This document shows, piece by piece, positions 1 through 11,924 of a DNA stretch of 64,000 nucleotides. The stretch covers positions 32,001-96,000 of the IMG/VR virus record IMGVR_UViG_2595698649_000001. One strand, written 5' to 3'. This stretch comes from a virus (Duplodnaviria > Caudoviricetes). A program made the translations under genes and the position numbers. The notes under the pieces were generated by a model. That model saw only the letters and a list, made by a program, of their open reading frames with translations. It searched no databases and was not told the origin of the DNA. Each line of letters starts with the position of its first letter. Positions within the stretch are counted from its first letter, which is position 1.

Positions 1-1431
1 GTTTATACATTTAAGAATTTAAATTTATATGAAGGTACTTTAGTTACAAACAAATATACAGTTAACACAGCAGACGCCAATCAGCGTTTCTTAATTAAGA
101 ATGATATGGCAGATACAACAACTTTATTAGTTAAAGTTCAAAACAGTTCATCTGATACTACTACAACAACATATGTATTGTCAACAGACTTAGTAGATGT
201 ATCAAGTACATCAACAGTTTATTTTTTAGAAGGTGCTGAAGACGAACAGTATGAAGTTATATTTGGTGATGGTGTTTTAGGTAAAGCATTATCAACAGGT
301 AATATTGTTTCACTCACATACATAGTTACTAATGGTTCAGATAGTAATGGTGCTAGTTCATTTGCATTATCTGGTAATGTAGGTGGTTTTACTGATGTCA
401 GTTTAACTGTAAACACAAACAGCGTTAACGGTGCAGACCCGGAAAGTCCGGCAAGTATTCGTTTCAACGCACCAAAACAATATGCCACACAAAATAGGGC
501 AGTAACGGCGAAAGACTATGAAAGTAAAGTTAAATCAATTTATTCAAATGCTAAATCAGTTCAAGTATGGGGTGGTGAAGATAATGAAACACCCGTTTAT
601 GGTAGAGTATATATCTCTATCAATCCTGTTGCTGGTGCTACACTTACAGAAGCAACTAAGTCAGATATTATAACTCAACTAAAAAATTTTAATGTTGCAA
701 GTATCACACCTGTAATTGAGAATCCAGAAACAACATTTATACAACCAACTGTAACTGTAAGGTATGACGCTAAGTCAACTACTAACACAGCTGAAAGTAT
801 TAAGTCATTAGTACAAACAGCAATAACAAATTTTAATACAGATAACTTACAAGAGTTTGACCAAGTATTCAGACATTCTAAATTTATTGAAACAGTAAAC
901 AAAGCAGACGATAGTATTTTATCAAACATCACAACACTTAAATTACACAAAGCATTTACTGCTACAGTATCAAGTTCAACAACATATACAATTAGTTTTA
1001 ATAACGCATTATATAATCCACACTCTGGTCACAATTCAGACATGGGTGGTATATTATCTTCTTCTTCGTTTAAAGTATCTGGTGATACTACAAATGATTA
1101 TTTTTTAAATGATGACGGACAAGGTAATATAAGATTGTATTATGTCGCAGGTGGTGTTAATGTTTACACAAACAATACACAAGGTACAATAAACTATACA
1201 ACAGGAAAAATAACTTTAAATAGTTTACATATTTCTGAGGTTGGTAATGTTGACGGTGCCACTTCTACTACCATTAGACTAACAGTAGTACCTAATTCAG
1301 TTGATGTAGTTCCAGTTCGTAATCAAGTTATACAAATAGATGAAACAAATGCTACTGTGGTTGTAACTGCTGATGACTACGATACTACATCAGGTATAGG
1401 ATACACAACAGCGACAAACTATGCGAGTTAG
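1..1431 (+). CDS. gp6: Baseplate wedge protein gp6 (5' truncated by window edge)
   Basis: Frame is open from base 1. Motifs 'YEVIFGDGVLGK', 'QNRAVTAKDY' and 'VWGGED...YGRVYISI' are typical of T4-like gp6, and it precedes gp7/gp8. Confidence 0.9.
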   Translation, partial: VYTFKNLNLYEGTLVTNKYTVNTADANQRFLIKNDMADTTTLLVKVQNSSSDTTTTTYVLSTDLVDVSSTSTVYFLEGAEDEQYEVIFGDGVLGKALSTGNIVSLTYIVTNGSDSNGASSFALSGNVGGFTDVSLTVNTNSVNGADPESPASIRFNAPKQYATQNRAVTAKDYESKVKSIYSNAKSVQVWGGEDNETPVYGRVYISINPVAGATLTEATKSDIITQLKNFNVASITPVIENPETTFIQPTVTVRYDAKSTTNTAESIKSLVQTAITNFNTDNLQEFDQVFRHSKFIETVNKADDSILSNITTLKLHKAFTATVSSSTTYTISFNNALYNPHSGHNSDMGGILSSSSFKVSGDTTNDYFLNDDGQGNIRLYYVAGGVNVYTNNTQGTINYTTGKITLNSLHISEVGNVDGATSTTIRLTVVPNSVDVVPVRNQVIQIDETNATVVVTADDYDTTSGIGYTTATNYAS

Positions 1432-1434
1432 TAA

Positions 1435-4400
1435 ATGGCAAAATTTGACAAAAAAATAAGTAACTTAGTTTCACGGCAGTTACCTGCCCATATACAGGCA
1501 AATCATCCACTATTAGTAGAGTTCGTAAAACAGTATTATGTTTTTATGGACTCAGCACAAATCACTTTATCAAGTGTTAGTGCCTCTGACCAAATATTAT
1601 TAGAAGCTGCAACTGGTGGGTTTGTTGCCTTAAATGCAACTAACGAATTTGGTAAAGACGAAGGTGATTATATTCTTAGTGAACAAGAGAGTATAGGTGA
1701 GTTTACAAAAGGTGAAACTATTACAGGTGCCACTTCAGGTCAAACGGCAACTATACTTGCTGAAGATACAGACGCATTAAAATTATATGTTACAGAAAAT
1801 AGTTTATTCGTAACAGGTGAAACTTTAACAGGTAGTACATCTGGTGCTCAAGGTGTTATATCAAGGTACAGACCAAACCCTAACGCACACTTAACACAAC
1901 TGTTAGAGTATGCAGACGTTAACGATACTATAGATGATTTCTTTAAACAATTTAGAAATACATTTTTACAAACTTTACCAAACACACTTACAAATGGTTT
2001 AGATAAAAGACAACTAACAAAAAATATTATATCATTATACAAAGCAAAAGGTACAAAAGCGGCAAATGAAATATTTTTCCGTGCCTTGTTTAATGAAACT
2101 CCAGAATTATATTACCCTACAGTAGATATGATGAGAGTATCAGACGGTAACTTTGATACTGAACAAATAATTAAAGCAACACTATCAGCACCGTCTGATG
2201 GTAACATGAACAATCTAGTAGGTAAAACAATTACACAAGCAGATATAGTAGGTAATGATACAGTAGATATTGCCAGTTCAGTTGTTGAGAAGGCAACAAT
2301 ATCTACGATATCGTTAAATGGTGTTTCGCATGATGTTGCTACATTTGTTTTAAATAAAGATAGTACATCTGGTTCATTTTCAAGTAGTGGAGGTGACGGA
2401 TTAGTTTTAGATACAGCTGCTGATGAAAATGATAATATAATTTTAGATGGTACAGATAGTTCATCTACAAATGCAGGTGATAGATTAATACAAAATACTA
2501 AATCAATATTTTTTGGTACAGATAATACAGATAGTGATGTTACTATAGAATGTAATGTTGAAAGTATATTAGATGATGTATCAGTAAATAGTGGTGGTCA
2601 ATATTACTCTGTAGGTGAAAACATAAACTTTACAAAAGAAAAAGGTGGTACAGGTGCCATTGCACAAATAGAACAAGTTACATATGGTGTTATTGATAGT
2701 GTACAAATAGAAAATGGTGGTTCAGGTTACGCAGTAGGTGACGCATTATCAGTTACAAATCCTACAAGTGGTGATGGTCTTGCAGGTACAGTTGCAGTTG
2801 TCAATGGTGGTTTTACTTTAGAAGGTGATACACATGATGACGGTATTCTTTTATTAGAACAAGGTACAGGTTTTCAACTTGTTATGGAAGCAGCGACAAA
2901 CAGTTCTTCAAATGATATAACAAAAATTAGATTATCAAATAAAGGTGGTGGTTATCTATCATTACCTACAGTATCAGTAACTTCAACTGGTGGTTCAAAT
3001 GCTCTTGTATATCCTGTATCTTCAAGTATAGGTAAAGCATTATCTGCTAAAGTTATTGACCATGGATTTAGATATGAGACAGCACCTGAAGTATCGCCAA
3101 AACTTCACATACAAATAGATACGCTATCAAGTAACTTCACTTCTGGTGAAACAATCACAGCTTCGTCTGAGGATTATATGGCGTTAGAGGCATATGAACA
3201 AATAGATTTCCCAATATTACTAGAAGACTTTAGACAAGCAGTAATTAGATTAGAAGATTTTGAAAGAGGTGACTTAGTTACGGAAGATGGCGAACAATTT
3301 GCATTAGAAGAATTTGTATCAGGCGCCGTACCAGAAAGTGCAAGTCCAGATTTCTTACGAGACGAAACAGATAACGACAGAATTGTATATAACGAATATG
3401 TATTAAAAGATAATACAGATTATATTGTGTTGAATGGCACAGATGGTTCATCTACAAATGAAGGTGGTAAAATACAAAGAGACGACCAAGAAACAGCGTC
3501 AGGTACTTTTGAAACTTTTGACGCAGCTACAAACATTCTTACACTAAAAGAAACTACAGGTACTTTTGATGACAAAGTTACAATCACAGGTTCTACATCA
3601 GGTGAAACGGCAAGAGTAAGAAACTATAATCCACAAGATACAAAAGCAAGTATGACTGCCACAGTAGGTACTGCCATAGAAACAGATGGTAGTAATACAG
3701 GTGTTGATGGACAGTTATCAGAAAGTACAAAGAAAGTACAAGACAGTTTATACTACCAAGATTATTCATACATTATTAAAGTTGGAGAAAGTATTACTGA
3801 ATGGAGAGATTATCTTAAATCTGCCATACACCCTGCCGGTTTTTATTTCCAAGGGGAAGTTGCAATCAAAACACAATTGAATGCTAAGATGAAAACTGGA
3901 TATACTAGAATATCCGGTCTTACTGAAACAGATGAAGTTGTTGAAATACTATCTGTTATCTTTAGTGAGAAGATTGGTAGAAGACTTGGTACGCCAACTG
4001 ATGGTACAAGTGTAAGAAGTACACCTCAATTAGGTATAGAGGGTAGTGCTTCATTTGGTACTACAAGAGACGTTACACTTAATCAGGAGATTACACTTAA
4101 AACAAATCAACAAACTCAACAGCAGTTTAGGTCTACAGATATTAAACAAGGTCTAGTATATGCAGGTCCTCGTATGAAAACTATAGGCAATTTAGTCTCA
4201 GGTGCATTTGACCATACACCAGATAGAATGTTATTAAATGGTACTGATGGTTCATCTACACATGGAAATGACGGATTAATATTAGAAGACGGTGGAGATA
4301 TGAAACAAGAATTAGGTCTACGAGATATGGATAGCGGTATCACAATTGCCACTATAAATAGTATTAAATTAACAGGAACAGGTAATACATCATTTGATGG

Positions 4401-4485
4401 TGAGGCAAATAGAATAGATGATTTCAGTACAGGTCTTAAAACTAACTTTACTATACCTGCTCAAATAAAAACCTCGCTTGGTTAA
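1435..4485 (+). CDS. gp7: Baseplate wedge initiator gp7-like
   Basis: Lies between gp6 and gp8. N-terminal 'LYKAKGT' and C-terminal 'QDSLYYQDYSY...W...HPAG' motifs match marine T4-like gp7. Confidence 0.75.
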   Translation: MAKFDKKISNLVSRQLPAHIQANHPLLVEFVKQYYVFMDSAQITLSSVSASDQILLEAATGGFVALNATNEFGKDEGDYILSEQESIGEFTKGETITGATSGQTATILAEDTDALKLYVTENSLFVTGETLTGSTSGAQGVISRYRPNPNAHLTQLLEYADVNDTIDDFFKQFRNTFLQTLPNTLTNGLDKRQLTKNIISLYKAKGTKAANEIFFRALFNETPELYYPTVDMMRVSDGNFDTEQIIKATLSAPSDGNMNNLVGKTITQADIVGNDTVDIASSVVEKATISTISLNGVSHDVATFVLNKDSTSGSFSSSGGDGLVLDTAADENDNIILDGTDSSSTNAGDRLIQNTKSIFFGTDNTDSDVTIECNVESILDDVSVNSGGQYYSVGENINFTKEKGGTGAIAQIEQVTYGVIDSVQIENGGSGYAVGDALSVTNPTSGDGLAGTVAVVNGGFTLEGDTHDDGILLLEQGTGFQLVMEAATNSSSNDITKIRLSNKGGGYLSLPTVSVTSTGGSNALVYPVSSSIGKALSAKVIDHGFRYETAPEVSPKLHIQIDTLSSNFTSGETITASSEDYMALEAYEQIDFPILLEDFRQAVIRLEDFERGDLVTEDGEQFALEEFVSGAVPESASPDFLRDETDNDRIVYNEYVLKDNTDYIVLNGTDGSSTNEGGKIQRDDQETASGTFETFDAATNILTLKETTGTFDDKVTITGSTSGETARVRNYNPQDTKASMTATVGTAIETDGSNTGVDGQLSESTKKVQDSLYYQDYSYIIKVGESITEWRDYLKSAIHPAGFYFQGEVAIKTQLNAKMKTGYTRISGLTETDEVVEILSVIFSEKIGRRLGTPTDGTSVRSTPQLGIEGSASFGTTRDVTLNQEITLKTNQQTQQQFRSTDIKQGLVYAGPRMKTIGNLVSGAFDHTPDRMLLNGTDGSSTHGNDGLILEDGGDMKQELGLRDMDSGITIATINSIKLTGTGNTSFDGEANRIDDFSTGLKTNFTIPAQIKTSLG

Positions 4486-4493
4486 ACTGAGCG

Positions 4494-4501
4494 TATAAAT
4501 A
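4494..4501 (+). promoter_or_regulatory. T4-type late (gp55) promoter TATAAATA
   Basis: Exact TATAAATA just upstream of gp8. Confidence 0.75.
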
Positions 4502-4519
4502 GTTTATGACGGAGAAAAA

Positions 4520-5908
4520 ATGCCAGCAATAATAACAAAAGATTTCAGAATACAAAACGCTAATCAGTTCAAAGAGAGTTTTGACGAGAGCGCAGACACA
4601 TATTATCTTGCAATAGGTAGACCACAAGCGTTTGCCAATGACCAAGCATTCAATGATGGTACAGATACATCACCACCAACACCAGTTGATAGTGTAGGTA
4701 GTGTAGATTACTATGTTTATGATGATTTAATGAGTGCAAAAAAGATTACAAGTTCAAATGTATCAGCAGTAATACCAAGAAGAAACTGGACAACTGGTAC
4801 AACTTACGACTATTACAGACATGATTATGGAGAAATAAACTCCGCTGGTTCAGCAATTGCTGCTAATTCAGGTGCAACAACTTTACATGACGCAACTTTC
4901 TATGTAATGAATAGTACCTTTGATGTATATAAGTGTATAGACAATAATGGTGATAGTGCTTCAACAGTAGAACCAACTGGTAATAAAACAACTAGTGTGT
5001 TCTCAACTGGAGACAGTTACAAATGGAAATACATGTACACATTAACTGCTTCTGAACAAGCAAACTTCATGTCAACAGATTTTATTCATTGTTCAACTGA
5101 AAGTACAGACTACTCAACTACTGCTGGTGCAATAGAAAATGCTAAAGTAACGGCAGGTGGGTCATCAGGTACTAATGGTACATATACTAATGTTGATATT
5201 CGTGGTGATGGTTCAAGTGGTAAATGTACAATAGTTGTAGGATCAAATTCAGTAACAAGTGTAACAATCACAACTGCTGGGTCTGGTTATACTTTCGCAA
5301 GTGTTAAGGCAAGTGACTTTGGTAATGTATCAGGCGCAGATATAGATTTCATAATCTCACCTCCAGGCGGACATGCAACAGATGTTATCGCTGAGTTAGG
5401 TGGATTCTTTGTAATGATGAATGTTGACTTTTCAACAGATGAAAGTGGCGAGTTCAATACTTCAAATGATTTTAGAAGAATTGCTCTATTAAGAAACCCA
5501 ACTGATAGTACAACAGGTGCAACAGCAACTGCTTCAACACTAGACGCAACTAAATCAATTACTTTCTCTGGCACACCAGGTACTTTTCAAGCAGATGAAA
5601 AGATTACACAAGCAAGTACAGGTGCTGTAGGTTATGTTGTTGATTATAATTCTACAACAAAAGTTTTAAGATACATACAACCACAATTTGCAAACCAAGG
5701 TATTGATACAAACCAAAATGTAACGGCTTTCTCTGGAACGAATACAGTAACAGGCGGTACTTCAAGTGCAACAGGTACGCCAAGTTCACATGATGTTACT
5801 CCTGAACTAACGGCAGATACAGGTGATATTCTGTACATAGAAAACAGAAAACCTATTAGTCGTGCTTCAGACCAAACGGAGAATGTAAAGTTAATAGTAG
5901 AGTTTTAG
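4520..5908 (+). CDS. gp8: Baseplate wedge protein gp8
   Basis: 'MPAIITKDFR', 'VYKCIDN', 'YKWKYMY' and C-terminal 'GDILYIENRKPISRASDQTENVKLIVEF'. Confidence 0.9.
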   Translation: MPAIITKDFRIQNANQFKESFDESADTYYLAIGRPQAFANDQAFNDGTDTSPPTPVDSVGSVDYYVYDDLMSAKKITSSNVSAVIPRRNWTTGTTYDYYRHDYGEINSAGSAIAANSGATTLHDATFYVMNSTFDVYKCIDNNGDSASTVEPTGNKTTSVFSTGDSYKWKYMYTLTASEQANFMSTDFIHCSTESTDYSTTAGAIENAKVTAGGSSGTNGTYTNVDIRGDGSSGKCTIVVGSNSVTSVTITTAGSGYTFASVKASDFGNVSGADIDFIISPPGGHATDVIAELGGFFVMMNVDFSTDESGEFNTSNDFRRIALLRNPTDSTTGATATASTLDATKSITFSGTPGTFQADEKITQASTGAVGYVVDYNSTTKVLRYIQPQFANQGIDTNQNVTAFSGTNTVTGGTSSATGTPSSHDVTPELTADTGDILYIENRKPISRASDQTENVKLIVEF

Positions 5909-5917
5909 GAGATTTAA

Positions 5918-8900
5918 ATGGCAACAAACTTTAACGTCTCTCCTTACTTTGATGACTTTTCAGAGGCAAAGAATTTTCATAGAATATTATTTCGTCCTGC
6001 TTTTGCAGTTCAAGCAAGAGAGTTAACACAACTACAAACTATCTTACAAAACCAAATTGAAAGATTTGGTGAACATATGTTCAAAGATGGTAGTATGGTA
6101 ATACCAGGCGAGATAGCACTTAACACAAAATACGAATATGTTAAATTAGCAAGTCATTCTACTTCAACAGTTTCTAACTTACAAGATTTAATTGTAACAG
6201 GTTCTACTTCAGGTATTACAGCAACAGTTGTAAACACAACTGAAGCAACATCAACAGCAGCTGCAACAATCTATGTTTTATATACTGCCTCAGGTACAGA
6301 CAATGCAACTAAAAGATTTACTGAGGGAGAAACTTTAACATTTACATACAATAGCACATCTTCAACGGCAGTTGTAGGTACTTCAGGTACTTCATTACCA
6401 ACAGATAGTAACGCAACTGGTTTTGCTAGTTCAGTAAATGTTCAAGCAGGTGTATATTTTATTAATGGTTTCTTTGTTGCAAATACTGAACAGACTTTAA
6501 TACTAGACCCGTATTCAAACACACCAACATATAGAGTTGGTTTCAATGTAACAGAAAGTTTTGTTACACCGTCAGACGATAGTTCATTAAATGATAACGC
6601 AGCCGGTTCATCTAACGTAAATGCTCCTGGTGCTCACAGATTTAAAACATCATTAACGTTAGTTAAAAAACTTATAACTGAAACAGATGATGAAAATTTT
6701 GTAGAGTTACTAAGAACAGGATCAGGTAATGTTGAAACAATTGTACAAAGAACAGATTACAATATACTAGAAGAAACATTAGCAAGAAGAACGGCAGATG
6801 AAAGTGGTGATTATGTTACTAAATCATTTGACATAGATATAAGAGAACACAAAAATGACGGATCAAATCGTGGTATATATTCTGCTGATGGTTCAAGTTT
6901 ATATAATGGATTAAGTTCAGCTAACTCAGAAGCTAGATTAGCAATTGGTTTATCTCCTGGTAAAGCATATGTTCAAGGTTATGAAATAGAAACAACAGGA
7001 CAAAAATTTGTTACAATAGAAAAAGCAAGAGACTTTGATACAATACAAAACTCTACTACAAGATTAGCAATAGGTAATTTTGTTGAAGTAACAAATGTAC
7101 ATGGTACGCCAGATATAGGAACAGTATCAGGTGAAACAGAAGCGTTTAAAGAATTACAATTATTTAAAAATGCAAATGCTGCCAGAGGTACAAACCTATC
7201 TACAACTAACGTTGATGTAGAACAAATTGGTAGAGCAAAACCTAGATACTTTGAATATAAATCAGGTACTGCTGGTGCAACACTAACAAACACATCTTCA
7301 ATTTATAAATTAGGTTTATTTAATGTTGACATGTTTACACACATTGGTGTCACAAGTTCAGTTGAGTTTGATACAGGTGAAACTCTAACTGGTGGTACTT
7401 CAGGTGCAACTGGTGTTGTAGAGGCAATATCATCTAACACATCAACGGATCCTGACCAGTTTATAACTGAGGACGGATTTAACCTTGTTGATGAAACAGA
7501 TGGTGATGATTTAATTTTAGAACAATCTGTATTTACAACAGTTGTATTAAGTAACGTATCAGGTTCTTTCGCAACTTTAGAAACTATAACAGACGAAAGT
7601 TCAAATAGTGGTGTAGTAATAGCAAACACACCAGAGAGAAAAGGTGTAACTGAATTTGATTTTGCACAAGTTAAGTCAGTTGGTATGACTGGTTCGCCAA
7701 ACTTTACTGCTGATACAGTATTAACAACTACAGCTGCAAATGAAAGAGATGAAAGTAATATAACTATAGGCGGACTAATTAATATAGACGCAAACTCAAA
7801 TGTAGTAAAAGGTAACAACACAGAATTTAATTCAGACTTAAAAGTTGGCGACAACATTGTGTTTGAAGATAACAATGGTAATCAACAAAGTAGATTTGTT
7901 GGTGCTATTGCAGATGATAAAACAATAACATTAACAGCAAATGTAACAGTTGCTGTAACATCAGCGTCAACACAAAGAAGAAGAACAAAATTACAAAACA
8001 TTAATACTACTTCTCTAGTATATAAATTACCTGAGAATGTTATTAAAACATTAAAGACTACAGACAATGCAGGTATCACAGATACAAGTCATAAAGTTAG
8101 AAGACAATTTGTTGAAACTTTATCATCATCTGGTGTTGCTACATTCTCTGCCGGTGCAAACGAAACATTTGACGCACACTCAGAAGCAGATTACACATTA
8201 TCAATAATGACTGCCGGTGCAAGTGCAGGTGCTATAGGTGATATAGTCAGTTTATCAGGCAACAACCATGAAGGTGACGCCATATTCACATTAACTGGTA
8301 GTCCATCAGGTCGTCAAGTACAAATAGATTTAGGTGCTAACTATGCAACTGCTAAAGTTAAATTAATTACAACAATAACTAAATCAGTTGCAGGTGAAAA
8401 AACAAAAACATTAATTTCAGACCAAACACAAACAGTTTCTACACAAGCATTAGCTGAAGAAAAAACAATCAGTTTAGGTAAAGCAGACGCATATGCTTTA
8501 ACAAGTGTTTATATGTCGCCTGACTTTAGTACGGCAGCAACAACAAGTCATACTGATATTACAGATAGATTTACATTAGATACAGGTCAAAGAGATAGTT
8601 TCTATGATATTGCTAGAATAGTAAGAAATGACGGTGCTCAATTACCAACTGGTAGATTGTTAATTACTTTCCAATACTTTACACACGGTACAGGTAACTA
8701 CTTCTCAGTAGATAGTTATTCTGGTGTTGTAGATTATGAAAACATTCCTTTTTTTGAAAGTCCAACAAAAGGTAGAATAGAATTAAGAGACGCATTAGAC
8801 TTTAGACCTAGAGTAGCGGACAATAGTGAAGTTGTAGGTTATGGTAATGTAGATAGTATTGGTGCAAAAAATTATACTGGAGGCGGTGCTTCAACAGTTG

Positions 8901-11900
8901 ATATGCCAAAACCTAGTTCAGACGCAACACTAGACTTTGAATTTTATTTAAGTAGAATAGATGGTATCTTTGTAACTAAAGACGGTCTATTTAAACAAGC
9001 AAAAGGTACTCCAGCAATTGATCCTCAAAGAGCAGAAACAATTGATGACGCAATGCCTTTATATTATCTAACTTTACCACCATACACTTTCTCTACAGAT
9101 GATGTAGCAGTAACAGTAGTTGATAATAGAAGATATACAATGAGAGACATTGGTAAGTTAGAACAAAGAATTAAAAATATAGAATACTATACTCAGTTAT
9201 CTCTACTAGAACAACAAGCAGTTAATACACAAATACAAGACGCAGCTACAGGTTTAGATAGATTTAAAAATGGTATTGTAGTAGATAGTTTCAAAGGTCA
9301 TAATGTTGGTGATACTTTATCAAGTGAATATAGATGTTCAGTTGATATGTCAGAAGGTGAGTTAAGACCAGAACATAATACAAACGTTGTAAAACTTATT
9401 GAGTTAGCCGCAAATGATACAGACGCAGAAAGAACAACTGCTGGTTATCAAAAAACAGGTGACTTAATAACTTTACCATATACTCATTCTAAGTTAACTG
9501 AAAATCCTTATGCAACTAAATCAGTTAACTGTAATCCATTCTTAGTATTTCAATATCAAGGTGATGTTGCATTAACACCAGATGTTGATGAATGGTACGA
9601 TACAACTAGAAGACCTGATTTAATTGTAAACGATAATAACTTATTTGATACAATGACTAGTCTTGCAGGAACAAATAACAATTTAGGTACAGTTTGGAAT
9701 AACTGGCAAACTAACTGGTCTGGTCGTTGGTCGTCTTCAGGTTCTTCAAGTAGAAGAATGGGCGATACAATTCATACAACTACTAGTACAATAGGCGGAG
9801 ATATTACAACAAGAAGTAGAACAGGTATTACTAGAGAAATTTCAGGTTCAAATGTTGTAAGACAATCTTTTGGTGAAAGAATTGTTGATGTTGCGTTCAT
9901 ACCTTTTATTCGTTCTCAAACAATTTCATTCTCAGGTACAAGATTAAAACCAAACACAAGAGTTTATCCTTTCTTTGATAATGTAAATGTATCAACACAT
10001 GTAACACCATCTGGTGGTGTATTAGGTGGTAACTTAGTTACTGGTACAACAGGTACAATTGAAGGAACATTTACAATACCAAATACAGCAAGTGAAAGAT
10101 TTAGAACAGGTGATAGAATATTCAGATTAACAAGTTCATCTTCAAATAGTTCTACAGATGATGATGTAGATACTTTTGCTCAAGGTACATATACTGCTCG
10201 TGGTTTACAAACAACTACACAAGAAACAGTACAGTCAACTAGAGTACCAATTATTGGTAGACAAACTGTAACTGAACAAGATACAAGAAGAACAACAGAT
10301 AGTTTTTCAGTATCACAAACAACACAACAAATTCAAAATAATCCAGACCCATTAGCACAAACGTTTAGTGTTGATGAAGCAAGTGGTGTATTCTTATCTA
10401 AAGTTGATATATACTTTGAAGAAAAAGATGATACAGTTCCAATTAAAGTTTATCTAGTAGAAACTATTAATAGTAGACCTGGTCAAAGAATACTTCCTTT
10501 CTCAGAGGTTACGCTTCAATCAAGTGAAGTTCTTACAAGTGCAACTGCTTCAACAGCAACAGTTGTAACATTCCCATCTCCTGTATATTTACAAGGTGGT
10601 AAAGAATATGCAATCATATTAAAACCTAACAGTCAAAAATATAAAGCATGGGTAAGTAGATTAGGTGATACAGATGTTGGTGGTACAAGACGAGTAACAC
10701 AACAACCTTTATTTGGTTCTTTATTCCGTTCTCAAAATGCAAAACTGTGGACAGAAGACCAAATGGAAGATTTAAAAATTACTTTATACAAAGCTGCATT
10801 TGATACAACTACAAACGGTACATTGTCACTAACAAATGATGATATTGAAACTAAGACACTTGATAACAATGCTATTGAAACAAATGCTACTTCCGGTTCA
10901 GGTACAACATTTGGTGATAACCCAGCGATAATTAAAATTAATCATAGACATCATGGCATGAATGATAATAAACCAAGTAAGGTTACAATCTCTGGTCTTG
11001 GTGGTTCAACTGACTATAATGGTATTCAAGGTAGTGTTATTAATGGTACGCATGATGTAGGTAATGTAACTGAGGATAGTTATACAATTACACTAACTGG
11101 TGATACAGCAACATCAACTGGTAGTGTTGGTGGTTCATCTATAGTTGCAACACAAGATAGAGCATTTGAAAGTATTATGCCTAAAATTGGTATGATGAAT
11201 TTTCCAGATACTACTACTGAACATAAAATTAAAACTACTTCAACAACATCAATAGATGGCACAGAAGCGTCATATTCAACTGATAGTGCATTTACAAATA
11301 TTGTACCAAATGAAAACTTTTACTTTACAAGTGCTAGAGCAGTTGCAAGTTCTATAAACGAAACAACTCACTTATCAGGTACAAAATCTTTATTCTATAA
11401 TATTGTATTACAAACGGCAAATGCTAATGTATCTCCTGTGATTGACTTAGCAAGAACAAATATTTTCTGTACACATAACAGATTAGATAATCCAACTTCT
11501 AGTAATAGAACAGGATTTGTTGCAGAAACAGACCCAACTGGTGGTAATGCGGCTGCTAAATATATTACAAAAGAAATTTCTTTAGAAAACCCAGCAACAG
11601 CATTAGATATTAGAATAGCTGCTAGTGTTTTCCCAACATCTTCAATTGAAGTTTTTAGAAAAGTTAAGTTTGAAGGTGATGATAGACAAATGAAAGATAT
11701 ACCTTATGTACAAATGACACAATCTAATACAGCAGTAAGTGCTGAAGGTAGAAGTCAATCACCGTACAATGCAAACTTTAAAGAAGATTTTTCTGACTTT
11801 GAGTTTAGTGAAGAAGGTATTAATGAGTTTGCAACATTCAAAATTAAAATAGTTATGAAAGGAACTAACCCAGCATATCCTCCTCGTATAACAGATATGA

Positions 11901-11923
11901 GAGCGATTGCGTTAGCAGTATAA
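5918..11923 (+). CDS. Large virion structural protein, VrlC/DUF4815-like
   Basis: 'NVSPYFDDF...ILFRP...VQARELTQLQ', 'APGAHR', 'LARRT.DESGDY', 'RRYTMRDIGKLEQRI', 'DPLAQTF'. This is the conserved ~2000 aa protein that follows gp8 in marine T4-like phages. Confidence 0.8.
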   Translation: MATNFNVSPYFDDFSEAKNFHRILFRPAFAVQARELTQLQTILQNQIERFGEHMFKDGSMVIPGEIALNTKYEYVKLASHSTSTVSNLQDLIVTGSTSGITATVVNTTEATSTAAATIYVLYTASGTDNATKRFTEGETLTFTYNSTSSTAVVGTSGTSLPTDSNATGFASSVNVQAGVYFINGFFVANTEQTLILDPYSNTPTYRVGFNVTESFVTPSDDSSLNDNAAGSSNVNAPGAHRFKTSLTLVKKLITETDDENFVELLRTGSGNVETIVQRTDYNILEETLARRTADESGDYVTKSFDIDIREHKNDGSNRGIYSADGSSLYNGLSSANSEARLAIGLSPGKAYVQGYEIETTGQKFVTIEKARDFDTIQNSTTRLAIGNFVEVTNVHGTPDIGTVSGETEAFKELQLFKNANAARGTNLSTTNVDVEQIGRAKPRYFEYKSGTAGATLTNTSSIYKLGLFNVDMFTHIGVTSSVEFDTGETLTGGTSGATGVVEAISSNTSTDPDQFITEDGFNLVDETDGDDLILEQSVFTTVVLSNVSGSFATLETITDESSNSGVVIANTPERKGVTEFDFAQVKSVGMTGSPNFTADTVLTTTAANERDESNITIGGLINIDANSNVVKGNNTEFNSDLKVGDNIVFEDNNGNQQSRFVGAIADDKTITLTANVTVAVTSASTQRRRTKLQNINTTSLVYKLPENVIKTLKTTDNAGITDTSHKVRRQFVETLSSSGVATFSAGANETFDAHSEADYTLSIMTAGASAGAIGDIVSLSGNNHEGDAIFTLTGSPSGRQVQIDLGANYATAKVKLITTITKSVAGEKTKTLISDQTQTVSTQALAEEKTISLGKADAYALTSVYMSPDFSTAATTSHTDITDRFTLDTGQRDSFYDIARIVRNDGAQLPTGRLLITFQYFTHGTGNYFSVDSYSGVVDYENIPFFESPTKGRIELRDALDFRPRVADNSEVVGYGNVDSIGAKNYTGGGASTVDMPKPSSDATLDFEFYLSRIDGIFVTKDGLFKQAKGTPAIDPQRAETIDDAMPLYYLTLPPYTFSTDDVAVTVVDNRRYTMRDIGKLEQRIKNIEYYTQLSLLEQQAVNTQIQDAATGLDRFKNGIVVDSFKGHNVGDTLSSEYRCSVDMSEGELRPEHNTNVVKLIELAANDTDAERTTAGYQKTGDLITLPYTHSKLTENPYATKSVNCNPFLVFQYQGDVALTPDVDEWYDTTRRPDLIVNDNNLFDTMTSLAGTNNNLGTVWNNWQTNWSGRWSSSGSSSRRMGDTIHTTTSTIGGDITTRSRTGITREISGSNVVRQSFGERIVDVAFIPFIRSQTISFSGTRLKPNTRVYPFFDNVNVSTHVTPSGGVLGGNLVTGTTGTIEGTFTIPNTASERFRTGDRIFRLTSSSSNSSTDDDVDTFAQGTYTARGLQTTTQETVQSTRVPIIGRQTVTEQDTRRTTDSFSVSQTTQQIQNNPDPLAQTFSVDEASGVFLSKVDIYFEEKDDTVPIKVYLVETINSRPGQRILPFSEVTLQSSEVLTSATASTATVVTFPSPVYLQGGKEYAIILKPNSQKYKAWVSRLGDTDVGGTRRVTQQPLFGSLFRSQNAKLWTEDQMEDLKITLYKAAFDTTTNGTLSLTNDDIETKTLDNNAIETNATSGSGTTFGDNPAIIKINHRHHGMNDNKPSKVTISGLGGSTDYNGIQGSVINGTHDVGNVTEDSYTITLTGDTATSTGSVGGSSIVATQDRAFESIMPKIGMMNFPDTTTEHKIKTTSTTSIDGTEASYSTDSAFTNIVPNENFYFTSARAVASSINETTHLSGTKSLFYNIVLQTANANVSPVIDLARTNIFCTHNRLDNPTSSNRTGFVAETDPTGGNAAAKYITKEISLENPATALDIRIAASVFPTSSIEVFRKVKFEGDDRQMKDIPYVQMTQSNTAVSAEGRSQSPYNANFKEDFSDFEFSEEGINEFATFKIKIVMKGTNPAYPPRITDMRAIALAV

Positions 11924-11924
11924 T